64,000 nt of DNA from Candidatus Bathyarchaeota archaeon (lineage in GTDB: Archaea > Thermoproteota > Bathyarchaeia > Bathyarchaeales > Bathycorpusculaceae), in the NCBI GenBank assembly GCA_963832745.1, contig CAWHVC010000002.1:160001-224000 (forward strand). Direction: 5' to 3'. The notes below the pieces were generated by a model. The model worked only from the letters and a program-made list of their open reading frames with translations. It had not been told where the DNA came from and did no database searches. Each line of letters starts with the position of its first letter. Position 1 is the first letter of the stretch. Position numbers and translations under genes: made by a program. Shown piece after piece: positions 9,730-18,912 of this stretch.

Positions 9730-10266
9730 TTAAATCATGCTTTTAAGTTGTGGGAAAACACGGAGTACCGCATACGATAAAGGTACTGCTATTATTACTC
9801 CGACGAACATTTGGAACAGGTTAAACGGGACTTCTGCTAAGGCTGCGCCGAATCCGTAGCCTAAAACGAATTGTTCATAGAGGAAATAGCCGGTAACCAT
9901 TTCTAATCCGCCTACTAGAACGGCGATTGTTGCGCAAATAGCGTCGTTTTTGATGTGTTTTTTGAGTTTTCTGCTTAGCCACCCGACTATTGCGCCTTCT
10001 GTTCCTTTGATTACTAATGTTCCTGGGGCGAAGTAGCCGTATCCAAGGTAAATGTCTGATAGCATTGCTCCTATGCCTCCCGAGAAGGCGCCTACTGTGG
10101 GTCCAAAGATTAATGCTGCTGTGTAGATGATTATTTCTCCGAAGTTGAAGTAGCCGCTTGTAGCTGGGATGGGGAAAGCGAAGATTATTGTTGCTACTGC
10201 GACAAGTGCTGCGAAGACGGCTGTTAATGCTGCTGTTAGTGCTGGGCTTTTGTGTTTTTGTTGCAT
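9730..10266 (-). CDS. ECF transporter S component
   Basis: FAALVAVAT..PIPATSGYFNFGE...GAMLSD...APGTLVIKG, multi-TM. Confidence 0.88.
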   Translation of the reverse strand: MQQKHKSPALTAALTAVFAALVAVATIIFAFPIPATSGYFNFGEIIIYTAALIFGPTVGAFSGGIGAMLSDIYLGYGYFAPGTLVIKGTEGAIVGWLSRKLKKHIKNDAICATIAVLVGGLEMVTGYFLYEQFVLGYGFGAALAEVPFNLFQMFVGVIIAVPLSYAVLRVFPQLKSMI

Positions 10267-10294
10267 GGTTTTTACCTTGGTGTAGGCTGTGACT

Positions 10295-10325
10295 TTAGTA
10301 GTATAGTTGTGGCTATACTATCTAA
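10295..10325. promoter_or_regulatory. Inverted repeat (candidate operator) upstream of the ECF S component
   Basis: ttag-TAGTATAG-ttgtgg-CTATACTA-tctaa, immediately downstream (minus strand) of a gaaaa..tttatta BRE/TATA-like element. Confidence 0.6.
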
Positions 10326-10354
10326 TAAATTTGTTTTCACGCGACCCTTCTATT

Positions 10355-11752
10355 TTACATCAAGAGTTGAATCTCATCAAACGCCGCCAAAACCTTCCTA
10401 CCCCGCTCCGTAATACGGAAAAACCGTTTCCCCGAATCCTCATAACTAACCACCAAACCCTTAGCCTCCAACTCATTAAGATGCTGATACACTGCACCCC
10501 GCGTCATAATCTGACCCAACTGCTTCCATAAATCATAACCATACGAATCCGCCTCACTAAGCACCTTGAGAATCTTCTGCTTCGTACTCACCCTAGGCCC
10601 TAAACCCGCGGCTTTCTGCTTTTTTGTCAACGTCTGCAATACATCTGTAGCTTTAAGGCCGCTGCCCGTGATGAGGCAAACCACTGTGTCTTGAGCGGAG
10701 ATGTTGGTGGTTCTAAGTTTTTGGAGTGCTGCTACTGTGGCAGAACTTGCAGGCTCCGCAAAAACACCCTCCAATTTTGCAACTAACAACTCTGACGCCA
10801 AAATCTCTGGGTCAGATACTGTCAAAGCCAACCCATTTGACTCTTTAATGGCCTTTATCGCCAAGTCACTTTGCAATGGGTCACCAACAAGAATTGCAAG
10901 AGCTCTTGTTGATGTGCTACAGGCTTTCGATGATGTCTCTTCGGTTAGTTTTTTGACTATTGGTGCGCAGCCTTCTGTTTGGACACCAACCATCCGCGGC
11001 AACTTGCCTGTTAATCCGAGCTGTTTGAGTTCTTTAAAGCCCTTCCAAAGCGAGTAAATAGTTCCGCCGCTTCCCATAGAAACAATAATCCAATCCGGAA
11101 CCCCCAACTGTTCAAAAACCTCGTAAGCGATTGTTTTTTGTGCTTCAATTGCGAGCGGGTTGATTTCTGCGGTGGCTTGATACCAACCTGTTTCCTTCGA
11201 TAGCGTAATGGCTTTTTGGATGGCTTCGTCGATTATGTCGCCTGATTCTTCAATAACTGCGTCGTAAGCAATCATCTGCGCCAACTTGCCTACATCAACC
11301 ATTTTGGGGACTAAAACATGGCATTGCAGCCCCGCTTTAGCTGTATACGCCGCAAGTGATGCGCCCATGTTTCCGTTAGTTCCGCAAATTACGGCTTCAA
11401 AGCCTTGATCAATCGCGTTTGAAGTCAAAAAAGCAGCTGCACGGTCACGATAACTGTTTGTGGGATTGCGTGTTTCATCTTTCAAGTAAAGTTCATTGAG
11501 TCCAATGGCTTTAGCAAGCCTTTCAGCTTTGTGCAGTGGAGTTACGCCTTCACCTAAACTGACAATGTGCCTGACAGGCGGAAGCATTGGTTGATACTTC
11601 CAGAATCCTTCAAGCCCCAGCAACTTAAACGCCGACGCCTCTGGCAAATCTGCTGTGTATTCCAGTGTGCCGCCGCATTTTTCGCAGTTACTCCGTAGTG
11701 GTCTAACGGGGTATTCTGTTTGACAGTTGGTGCATTTGAGTGTTGGTTTCAT
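10355..11752 (-). CDS. Threonine synthase-fold protein (PLP Lys replaced by Arg) fused to a C-terminal PadR/ArsR-like wHTH
   Basis: N-terminal Zn ribbon, SLGEGVTPL, NPTNSYRDR (canonical NPTGSFKDR), GVFAEPAS, ITGSGLK; C-terminal YGYDLWK..AVYQHLNELEAKGLV..ITERG. Confidence 0.85.
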   Translation of the reverse strand: MKPTLKCTNCQTEYPVRPLRSNCEKCGGTLEYTADLPEASAFKLLGLEGFWKYQPMLPPVRHIVSLGEGVTPLHKAERLAKAIGLNELYLKDETRNPTNSYRDRAAAFLTSNAIDQGFEAVICGTNGNMGASLAAYTAKAGLQCHVLVPKMVDVGKLAQMIAYDAVIEESGDIIDEAIQKAITLSKETGWYQATAEINPLAIEAQKTIAYEVFEQLGVPDWIIVSMGSGGTIYSLWKGFKELKQLGLTGKLPRMVGVQTEGCAPIVKKLTEETSSKACSTSTRALAILVGDPLQSDLAIKAIKESNGLALTVSDPEILASELLVAKLEGVFAEPASSATVAALQKLRTTNISAQDTVVCLITGSGLKATDVLQTLTKKQKAAGLGPRVSTKQKILKVLSEADSYGYDLWKQLGQIMTRGAVYQHLNELEAKGLVVSYEDSGKRFFRITERGRKVLAAFDEIQLLM

Positions 11753-11802
11753 CCTTTGCTATTTGCTTAAACGGGCTTTTTATGTTATGCCTTGAATCGG
11801 GT

Positions 11803-11826
11803 TGTAGTTGCGGTTTTGCAATCACA
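11803..11826 (+). promoter_or_regulatory. Palindromic regulon site upstream of catalase
   Basis: TGTAGTTG-cggttttg-CAATCACA, 4 bp, then tttaaaaa. Confidence 0.75.
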
Positions 11827-11894
11827 AATTTTTAAAAATATAGTTTGGTCTAAACAGCTTGAGTTTCTTTGGAATTTTTGAATAAAATTTTGAG

Positions 11895-14063
11895 TTGATT
11901 ATTTTGGAAAAAAATGAAAAGAAATCTCAATCAAAAACAATTGATAATCTTGAATCCTACAGAGTTGAATCCAAAAACCAGCAATTAACAACCAATACAG
12001 GCGTAAAAATTAATGACACCGATAACTCACTGCGAGCGGGTCCTCGTGGACCGACGCTTTTGGAAGATTTCCATTTTAGAGAAAAACTGACGCATTTCGA
12101 CCATGAACGCATACCTGAAAGAGTTGTCCACGCAAGAGGCTCAGGCGCGCATGGCTACTTCCAAGTTTACAAATCAATGAATAAATATACTAAAGCAAAG
12201 TTTCTGCAAGACCCCGAAACAAAAACGCCCGTTTTCGTTCGTTTTTCAACTGTTGCTGGTTCTCGAGGTTCAGCGGACACTGTGCGCGATGTCCGAGGTT
12301 TTGCCACACGATTCTATACTGAGGACGGAAATTATGACTTAGTTGGAAACAACATCCCCATCTTCTTTATACAAGATGCTATTAAATTTCCCGACTTAAT
12401 CCATGCTGTTAAGCCTGAACAGGATAACGAGATTCCTCAAGCAGCCACTGCGCATAACACTTTTTGGGATTTTGTGGCTAATAACCCTGAAATTGCTCAC
12501 ATGATTATGTGGGCTATGTCTGACCGGGCGCTTCCCCGAAGTTTTCGTATGATGGATGGTTTTGGAGTAAACACTTACCGCTTTGTTAACGAAGAGGGTA
12601 AATCGTGTTTTGTAAAGTTCCATTGGCGTGCAATGCTTGGTGCGCATTCGTTGGCATGGGATGAAGCCCAGAAAATTGCTGGTAAAGACCCTGACTTTAA
12701 TCGTCGTGATCTTTGGGAAGCTATTGAGATGGGTGATTTTCCTGAATACGAGTTTTCTGTGCAGATTATTGATGAGGCGGATGCGGAAAAGTTTGATTTT
12801 GATATTTTGGATGCTACAAAGATTTGGCCTGAAGAACTGGTGCCCTTGCAGCCTGTTGGTAAGATGGTTTTGAACCGTAATCCTGACAATTTTTTTGCGG
12901 AAACTGAGCAGGTGGCTTTTTGTCCTGCGAATGTTGTTCCGGGTATTGATGTTAGTGATGATCCGTTGTTGCAGGGTAGATTGTTTTCGTATTTTGATAC
13001 GCAGCTTACACGTTTGGGTGGGCCGAATTTTAATGAGATTCCTATTAACAAGCCGGTGGTGCCGGTTGTTAATAATCAACGTGATGGTTTTCATCAAATG
13101 AATATCAATAAGGGTTCAGTGGCGTATTACCCTAACTCTCTTAATGATAATTATCCTCGGGCTGGATTGGACTCCAAGGCGGGTTACGTGCATTACCCTG
13201 AAAGGGTGCAAGGGGATAAGGTGCGGGTTAGGAGCGAGACTTTTCAAGAGCATTTTGGTCAGGCGATTTTGTTCTGGAACAGCATGACGGAACCCGAAAA
13301 ATATCATATTATCAAGGCGTTTCATTTTGAAGTTGGAAAAGTTACTGATATGGTTACGCGCCAAAAAATTGTTGATATGTTTAACAATGTGGATAATGAA
13401 CTTGCTAAAGCTATCGCGTTAGGTGTGGGTGCTAATCCGCCAAAACCTGTTGAACGCCATATGCCTAAGGTTTTGGTGTCTAAGGCTTTGTCGCAGGATA
13501 ATCCGCAACGTCGCAGCGCTAAAACCCGTAAAGTAGCAATTTTTATGATGGACGGGTTTAATGATGAAGAGTTAATGTTGGTTAAGGATTCTTTAACGGC
13601 GGCGGGGGTTCATGTTACGGTGATTTCGCAGTACTTGAGTCCAATTAAAAGTTTAAACGGCAAACAATTTGTTCCTGACAGCAACTTTGTTGGCGCTGCA
13701 AGTTCAGTTCTTTTTGACGCAATTTATATTCCGGGTGGTGAGGCAAGCATTGACGCTTTGGCGCATCAAATGTTTGTGTTGGAGTTTCTAAATGAAGCTT
13801 ATAAGCATTGTAAGGCGATTGCGGCTTCAAGTGAAGGCATCGGGTTATTGCAGCAAACGGTTAGTGAGGCTAAACTTGCATTTTCAAATGCTGTGGTGTC
13901 GGATAAGGGTGTGGTTACTTGTATGGGTGCGCCGACTGAAGAGTTTACTGGGGCTTTTTTGGATGCGATTGCTAAGCATCGGCATTGGGTGCGGGAGAAA
14001 ACCGAGGATGTTCCGGTTGAGCTTCAGGCTGTGCTTGGTGAATGGTTAACTAAAGAGCAGTAA
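11895..14063 (+). CDS. katE: Large-subunit catalase HPII (clade 2) with C-terminal DJ-1/PfpI-like domain
   Basis: HFDHERIPERVVHARG, RFSTVAG, DLVGNN, LQGRLFSY heme-ligand motif; C-terminal RKVAI...FDAIYIPGG...AYKHCKAI. Confidence 0.97.
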   Translation: MIILEKNEKKSQSKTIDNLESYRVESKNQQLTTNTGVKINDTDNSLRAGPRGPTLLEDFHFREKLTHFDHERIPERVVHARGSGAHGYFQVYKSMNKYTKAKFLQDPETKTPVFVRFSTVAGSRGSADTVRDVRGFATRFYTEDGNYDLVGNNIPIFFIQDAIKFPDLIHAVKPEQDNEIPQAATAHNTFWDFVANNPEIAHMIMWAMSDRALPRSFRMMDGFGVNTYRFVNEEGKSCFVKFHWRAMLGAHSLAWDEAQKIAGKDPDFNRRDLWEAIEMGDFPEYEFSVQIIDEADAEKFDFDILDATKIWPEELVPLQPVGKMVLNRNPDNFFAETEQVAFCPANVVPGIDVSDDPLLQGRLFSYFDTQLTRLGGPNFNEIPINKPVVPVVNNQRDGFHQMNINKGSVAYYPNSLNDNYPRAGLDSKAGYVHYPERVQGDKVRVRSETFQEHFGQAILFWNSMTEPEKYHIIKAFHFEVGKVTDMVTRQKIVDMFNNVDNELAKAIALGVGANPPKPVERHMPKVLVSKALSQDNPQRRSAKTRKVAIFMMDGFNDEELMLVKDSLTAAGVHVTVISQYLSPIKSLNGKQFVPDSNFVGAASSVLFDAIYIPGGEASIDALAHQMFVLEFLNEAYKHCKAIAASSEGIGLLQQTVSEAKLAFSNAVVSDKGVVTCMGAPTEEFTGAFLDAIAKHRHWVREKTEDVPVELQAVLGEWLTKEQ

Positions 14064-14131
14064 TTTTTTTCTATTCTTTTTTGTAGGTTTTGCTGAAGAG
14101 GAAAATCTAAATGTGAGTTTCCGCAAACTAT

Positions 14132-14560
14132 TTGCAGTTGATGATTATGAGTATAAAAGAAGACCCAATTAAACTCCACAAAGACGCTAATGCTTTGATG
14201 GAAAACGGCAAATATGTTGAAGCACGTGAACTTTTCTCCAAAGTAGCTGAACTTTACTTTAAAGGGCAAAACTATTTCGGCGCTGCTGAAATGAACTACA
14301 AAGCCGGCGAATGTAGCGTAAACCTGAAAGAGTATCCCCAAGCCGTTGAATCCTTCAATAAAGCTGCAGATATCGCTTTAAACAAGGGTTTTGACCGTTA
14401 CGGGTTAAGCGCGTTGGAACAAGCCCGAGACAGCCAAAAAGCGGCAGGTAACAGCAAAGAAGCGGAAGAAATCGATGCCCGCATAAAAGAAATTAATGAC
14501 AAAATCAACAAGCAGAATGCTGTCGGCGACGAAGAATCGTCTTTTTCAGTGTTCTCTTAA
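14132..14560 (+). CDS. TPR-like helical repeat protein (alpha-SNAP-like pattern)
   Basis: EARELFSKVAELY...AAEMNYKAGEC...AVESFNKAADI repeats. Confidence 0.7.
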   Translation: MQLMIMSIKEDPIKLHKDANALMENGKYVEARELFSKVAELYFKGQNYFGAAEMNYKAGECSVNLKEYPQAVESFNKAADIALNKGFDRYGLSALEQARDSQKAAGNSKEAEEIDARIKEINDKINKQNAVGDEESSFSVFS

Positions 14561-14704
14561 ACGCAACTTTTTTCTTTTCTTTATTTTTAAAATTCTAATT
14601 TACTGGTTTTCAACATGTTACTGGCATGTTTTTCAACCAATACGACCTGCCCCCTTAGTGATTTTGGGCTGAATAAGGGTGGATAGAGTCTACCCGTCTG
14701 GTTT

Positions 14705-14771
14705 TACTCTACCCCTTTAGGTTTTTGCATTGATCTGCTATTTGGATCCTAATAGACTCCTAATAGGTTGG
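14705..14771 (+). repeat. Dispersed intergenic repeat, copy 2 (internal duplication of ctaatag)
   Basis: tactctacccctttaggtttttgcattgatctgctatttggatcctaatagactcctaataggttgg. Confidence 0.85.
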
Positions 14772-14970
14772 TGGCAACATAGAAATGCAAGACTGCAAGG
14801 AAAACAAAATGCATTCGGGTTCTAGCATGACCCATTCTGCAAGGCTACTGCATTTTTCGCGCTCCAACAGCCAAACCAGCAGCAAAGCATGCATTATAAA
14901 CAATTTTGGCGTTAAAAAATGCCGATTTAAAACGTGTGAAATAGTCAGAGAATTGCCAAATAATTGCTTG

Positions 14971-15216
14971 TTAAGCGGTTTTTTCTGTGCAGTATCCTTC
15001 TTCTTCCTCACTTGGCTGCAAGCTGCCCATGCTTCCGCTTGCCATCGAAATATTTGCGTCCAAATCTTGATGGCACGTTAACCAGTGATTATCATACTCT
15101 TGCCGAGAATCAAAAACCCGTCCACATACTGTGCACTCAAGCTTATCTCCAACAATTTTAGGCTCCCGCATACCAACTGTGCTGTCCACATCACGTGTAC
15201 CATAAGCTTTATCCAA
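14971..15216 (-). CDS. Small C2H2 zinc-finger protein
   Basis: LECTVCGRVFDSRQEYDNHWLTCH. Confidence 0.7.
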   Translation of the reverse strand: MDKAYGTRDVDSTVGMREPKIVGDKLECTVCGRVFDSRQEYDNHWLTCHQDLDANISMASGSMGSLQPSEEEEGYCTEKTA

Positions 15217-15391
15217 AAATAATCAACCAAAAAAGCTTAGGCAACGCCAACCCTTTAATTTTTGTGACTACAAAACGAGACCTATTTCTCAATCGGTGGT
15301 TTCGGACAATATTTTGACATTTACTCCACCAGATGCTGTTTCTATGTGGCTGCTCGTTTAAAACTGCTTTTCCCATAAGTTCCCCTTCACC

Positions 15392-15443
15392 CTACCCTCT
15401 ATAGGTTTTTGCATAGAACCTCTATTAGGTCCAAATAGGTTGG
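15392..15443 (+). repeat. Dispersed intergenic repeat, copy 3
   Basis: ctaccctctataggtttttgcatagaacctctattaggtccaaataggttgg. Confidence 0.85.
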
Positions 15444-15478
15444 CGTTGCTTACTCGGTTTTTAGTTTTACAAACTGTT

Positions 15479-15718
15479 CTATAACAGAACCGCATCTGCG
15501 GCAGTTAATATGCAAGCCGTACCTGTGGCTTTCAAAACCGCTGATTGGCGCATTTTTTGCTGAAAAACAAACCCGCATCGTCTACACCTGTAATTATCGC
15601 CCACTCGAGTTTTATGCCTCTGCAAACGGTCATAAACTAGTGCGCCTACCCCGACAAGAATCAATGGCCCCAAGAAAAAGAAAACGTCAAACAATGCAAC
15701 TAACACGTTACCGTCCAT
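15479..15718 (-). CDS. Small membrane-anchored protein with CxxC motif
   Basis: N-terminal TM then YRCRRCGFVF; ggtgga RBS-like sequence upstream. Confidence 0.55.
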   Translation of the reverse strand: MDGNVLVALFDVFFFLGPLILVGVGALVYDRLQRHKTRVGDNYRCRRCGFVFQQKMRQSAVLKATGTACILTAADAVLL

Positions 15719-15805
15719 TTTAATCCACCAAGTAACCGTTTAGATTTTTAATTTTAAGAATTAAGTCAAAAATCGAATAAAATTTCCGATGCACCACAAT
15801 CCTCC

Positions 15806-15931
15806 CTAGTAAACATCTCTAAACCGTTTCCCACAACAGCAACACTCATACTCAGTAATCCGAAAAGTAGTCGCCTCAAACGTACGCAACACTTTAGCCG
15901 CGTTATTGCCGCATGCAGGACAAATAACCAA
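15806..15931 (-). CDS. 41-aa zinc-ribbon microprotein (not in ORF track)
   Basis: TTG start after ggggag; MVICPACGNNAAKVLRTFEATTFRITEYECCCCGKRFRDVY. Confidence 0.7.
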   Translation of the reverse strand: MVICPACGNNAAKVLRTFEATTFRITEYECCCCGKRFRDVY

Positions 15932-15954
15932 CCACTCCCCCGCCTATAAAAAGT

Positions 15955-16134
15955 TCACTGGCTACTGTAAACTTCGATTTTGCGGATTTTACTGCACCAA
16001 GGAATTTGAGCTTCTTTCCGAATGTCTTTTTCTATTTGGTTGTTTGAGGTTTGGGTTGACTCGTAACCTAACTCTATCTCAATAACTGCTTTTTTGGGTA
16101 GCATGTTTTGGGTTTCGTGATTATTTTGTTTCAT
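15955..16134 (-). CDS. 59-aa small protein, paralog of 27237..27389 (not in ORF track)
   Basis: MKQNNHETQNMLPKKAVIEIELGYESTQTSNNQIEKDIRKEAQIPWCSKIRKIEVYSSQ. Confidence 0.72.
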   Translation of the reverse strand: MKQNNHETQNMLPKKAVIEIELGYESTQTSNNQIEKDIRKEAQIPWCSKIRKIEVYSSQ

Positions 16135-16214
16135 ATGGCATATATCTCCAATCCTAACTCGATATTTTATACTTATATATTTTTTCTATTTCTAAGTTAA
16201 AATTTAAAGCATTC

Positions 16215-16523
16215 ATGTTATCTGTGGGTTTAACTCATAATCAACCAAGGGTTTGCCATTTGAAAATCTCGCAAATAATCAAAGTCCCCACAGTACGAAT
16301 AATGCTATGTTTATACGAAAAAGGTGAATTAAGACACTCCCAATTATCCAAGCTAACAGCCAGCAGGGGAACCCTGAGCCTTAGCTTAAAAGAACTCGAA
16401 CAAGACGGCTTAATACAAAGAAAAATCCTAGACACAAAACCCATACAAAGCATCTACAGCCTAACCGAAAAAGGAAAAACAATCGCCCAACAACTAACCC
16501 AAATACAACAAAACATAAAATAA
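16215..16523 (+). CDS. HxlR/MarR-type winged-helix transcriptional regulator
   Basis: SRGTLSLSLKELEQDGLIQRK..PIQSIYSLTEKG; true start probably TTG at 16260. Confidence 0.85.
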   Translation: MLSVGLTHNQPRVCHLKISQIIKVPTVRIMLCLYEKGELRHSQLSKLTASRGTLSLSLKELEQDGLIQRKILDTKPIQSIYSLTEKGKTIAQQLTQIQQNIK

Positions 16524-16643
16524 ATTAAAATAACGTTTTTTGTCCCCTATGAAAAGCCATTTAATTGAGCGGTTAAGCTATTGCTGTTTTATCCATGTTT
16601 GTTAGGTCTTACATTTGAAGTAAACTTAATGTTGATTCGAAAA

Positions 16644-17741
16644 TCATGACTGAATCAAATCATTTTTAGAAATTGTTAATATTTTAGGTTGCCTTTTGCT
16701 CGGGGATGTTATAGTTAAATGGATTGTTACAATGTTTACTCGATGAGACTCAATTAATATTGAAGATGGTATTTGAAGGGTAAAATCGCCTTTACAAAAA
16801 ATAACATAAAATCCTTCTGAAACAGTTAATGTTTTGATGTATGTCAGGATTTGATTGAATCCCTTTATTACCCTGTTCTTTTGATTTTGCGTAATTACTT
16901 TAACTTCTATGGGGAACCATTCATCTTTTGATTGTATGAGAACATCGGGTATATTTTTCCCAAATATTGCTTCTGATATTGGTGTCACGTTATTGTCGTG
17001 AAGGAAAATGCAGAGTTTTCGTGTTAGTTCTTTTTCATTATCTCTAATTAGTGCCTCGGTTGCATTTTCAGTTAAGTTAACAATTTCGTTCGAGTTATAC
17101 CATTCACAGCGACGTTGAAATTTAACCAGTAGAGATAAGCCTAAATTTGTCTTATCGAATCGGTCAAGAATAAAGTTGTGAATTCTTTTTAGGTCAATTA
17201 GAGTTAGTTCGACATCGAAGTAATCTTTATCCCAATTGTAAAGCGATAATGAGAATTCCTTTAATGCGCTGCTGTTTTTGATGTATCTTTTCATTGCATT
17301 AACATCGTTTACGAAAACTGAGCCAGTGAAAATATTCTCATTTAGAGCGTCATGGCACTCTCTCTTATTTCCGTTAACTGCTTTGTAAATTCTAATTAGT
17401 CTCTCTAATGCACCCCAAGCAGCAGTCAACTTTGCTATTTGTATCGAATCCCAATACTCGTGGCATTTGGTGAATAATTCATCATCCTTTTTAGAACTGA
17501 AAAAAACTTGTTCGTATTCAACTTTAAAAATATCTGAGAGTTTTTTTGCAATGGTTGAATCTTTAATTTCCCAAAAAATTTTTTTCAGTATTAACTCAAG
17601 ATTCAGCCATGCTGGACCATTAGAAGCTACTCTGTTTCCACTGGCAAATCCGTCAAATTCGTCTAAAAGAGACTTTATTTCTCTTGAACTTATGGGATTT
17701 GGTAAAGCTGCTTTTATTTCTTGAGCTATTCCCTCACAAAG
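16644..17741 (-). pseudogene. AT-rich gene with C-terminal PD-(D/E)xK nuclease domain; 5' end disrupted
   Basis: IPDVLIQ..FPIEVK..KGFNQILTY motif; the frame is open to 17741 with no ATG/GTG/TTG above 17429 and in-frame stops at 17742 and 17763. Confidence 0.6.
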
Positions 17742-18219
17742 TCATGCGTTTGTCATAGCCTTTCAGTTAATATAATACTCCTCGGAATATGCATCTTTAA
17801 AGTACTTTCCCCCATAAATAACAGGTGTATTGGTGATATGTTGGTGCAGGTAAATTACCATCCAGCCCAATTACATAATTGTAATTCATAATGGTAAAGT
17901 CATGAATTCGGTATTTTGAAGAATTTCAAGATGCATAGACTTTCAATCTTTATTAATATAGGACTAGTTCTTGATGAGTATCATTATACACAATGGCAGA
18001 TGTTAGTTAGTAAGACGGACTTCAAATTCTGTAATTAGGCCAGACAAGCACATCATTTAGTCGGCAATTATTTCGGTGTTTAGTTTTGTTTGTTCTTTTT
18101 TGTTAGCCAAACTATTATGCAGGCTGCGGCTGCTACTCCTATGGCTACTGCATTGTTGTGGCGTAGTTTGTATGAAAAAAGCTAACAAGCAAAAAATGTA
18201 AAGAAAGCAGAAAAACTGC

Positions 18220-18897
18220 TTAGACTCGCAAGACTATTTTTTCTGTGTACTTGCCAAGTATGCCTGCGAACTCGTTTATGGTTTCAGGCGCGTATGGATG
18301 TACTGTCTGGAAATGTTTGTCCATAGTGTTTTCTGGTACGAATTGTTGTAGTGCGTGGGTTTTGGCGCCTTTTGTTAATTCGCCGATTTTGTCAGCGTCT
18401 TGCAGGGTTACGAGTTCAGGTACGATGGTGGTGCGGAATTCGTAGGGTACTTTGCCCATTTTGAGCATTTCCAAGCTTTTCATAAGGTTGCTGGTGTCTT
18501 CTGCGCCGAGTTCCTTGTATTTTTCTGGGCAAGTCTTAACATCCAACGCCACGTAATCCACGTAGCCGAGGCATTCCTCAAGCACTTCAGGGTAGAACCC
18601 GTTTGTGTCAAGTTTGACGTAGAAGCCGCGTTCTTTGAGTTTGGCAAGGAATTTAGGCAGTTCCCGGTGCATACAGGGTTCACCACCTGTGACTACTACG
18701 GCGTCAACATATTTTTTGCGACTCTCCAAAATCTCCAACGCGGCGGCTTCCTGTAGAAACGGCGGTTGCGGGTCTGTAGCGATTTTCCAGTTGTGACAAT
18801 ACGGACAGCGAAGGTTGCAGCCGGGGGTAAATAGCACGCTGGCTATCTTATCGGGGTAGTCAAGCAAACTTAATTTTTGTAATCCGCTAAACTTCAT
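18220..18897 (-). CDS. nrdG: Anaerobic ribonucleotide reductase activating enzyme (radical SAM)
   Basis: SLLDYP, GCNLRCPYCHN, TGGEP, KLDTNG; directly after nrdD. Confidence 0.93.
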   Translation of the reverse strand: MKFSGLQKLSLLDYPDKIASVLFTPGCNLRCPYCHNWKIATDPQPPFLQEAAALEILESRKKYVDAVVVTGGEPCMHRELPKFLAKLKERGFYVKLDTNGFYPEVLEECLGYVDYVALDVKTCPEKYKELGAEDTSNLMKSLEMLKMGKVPYEFRTTIVPELVTLQDADKIGELTKGAKTHALQQFVPENTMDKHFQTVHPYAPETINEFAGILGKYTEKIVLRV

Positions 18898-18912
18898 TTT
18901 CCATGTCTCACC

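Noticed and set aside
12396-13364. Long antisense ORFs within katE
   Set aside because: Explained by codon bias of the catalase gene; no recognisable motifs.
17742-17765. Selenocysteine read-through of the TGA codons upstream of the nuclease gene
   Set aside because: Further stops including TAA follow upstream, there is no redox motif and no SECIS was seen; decay is the simpler explanation.
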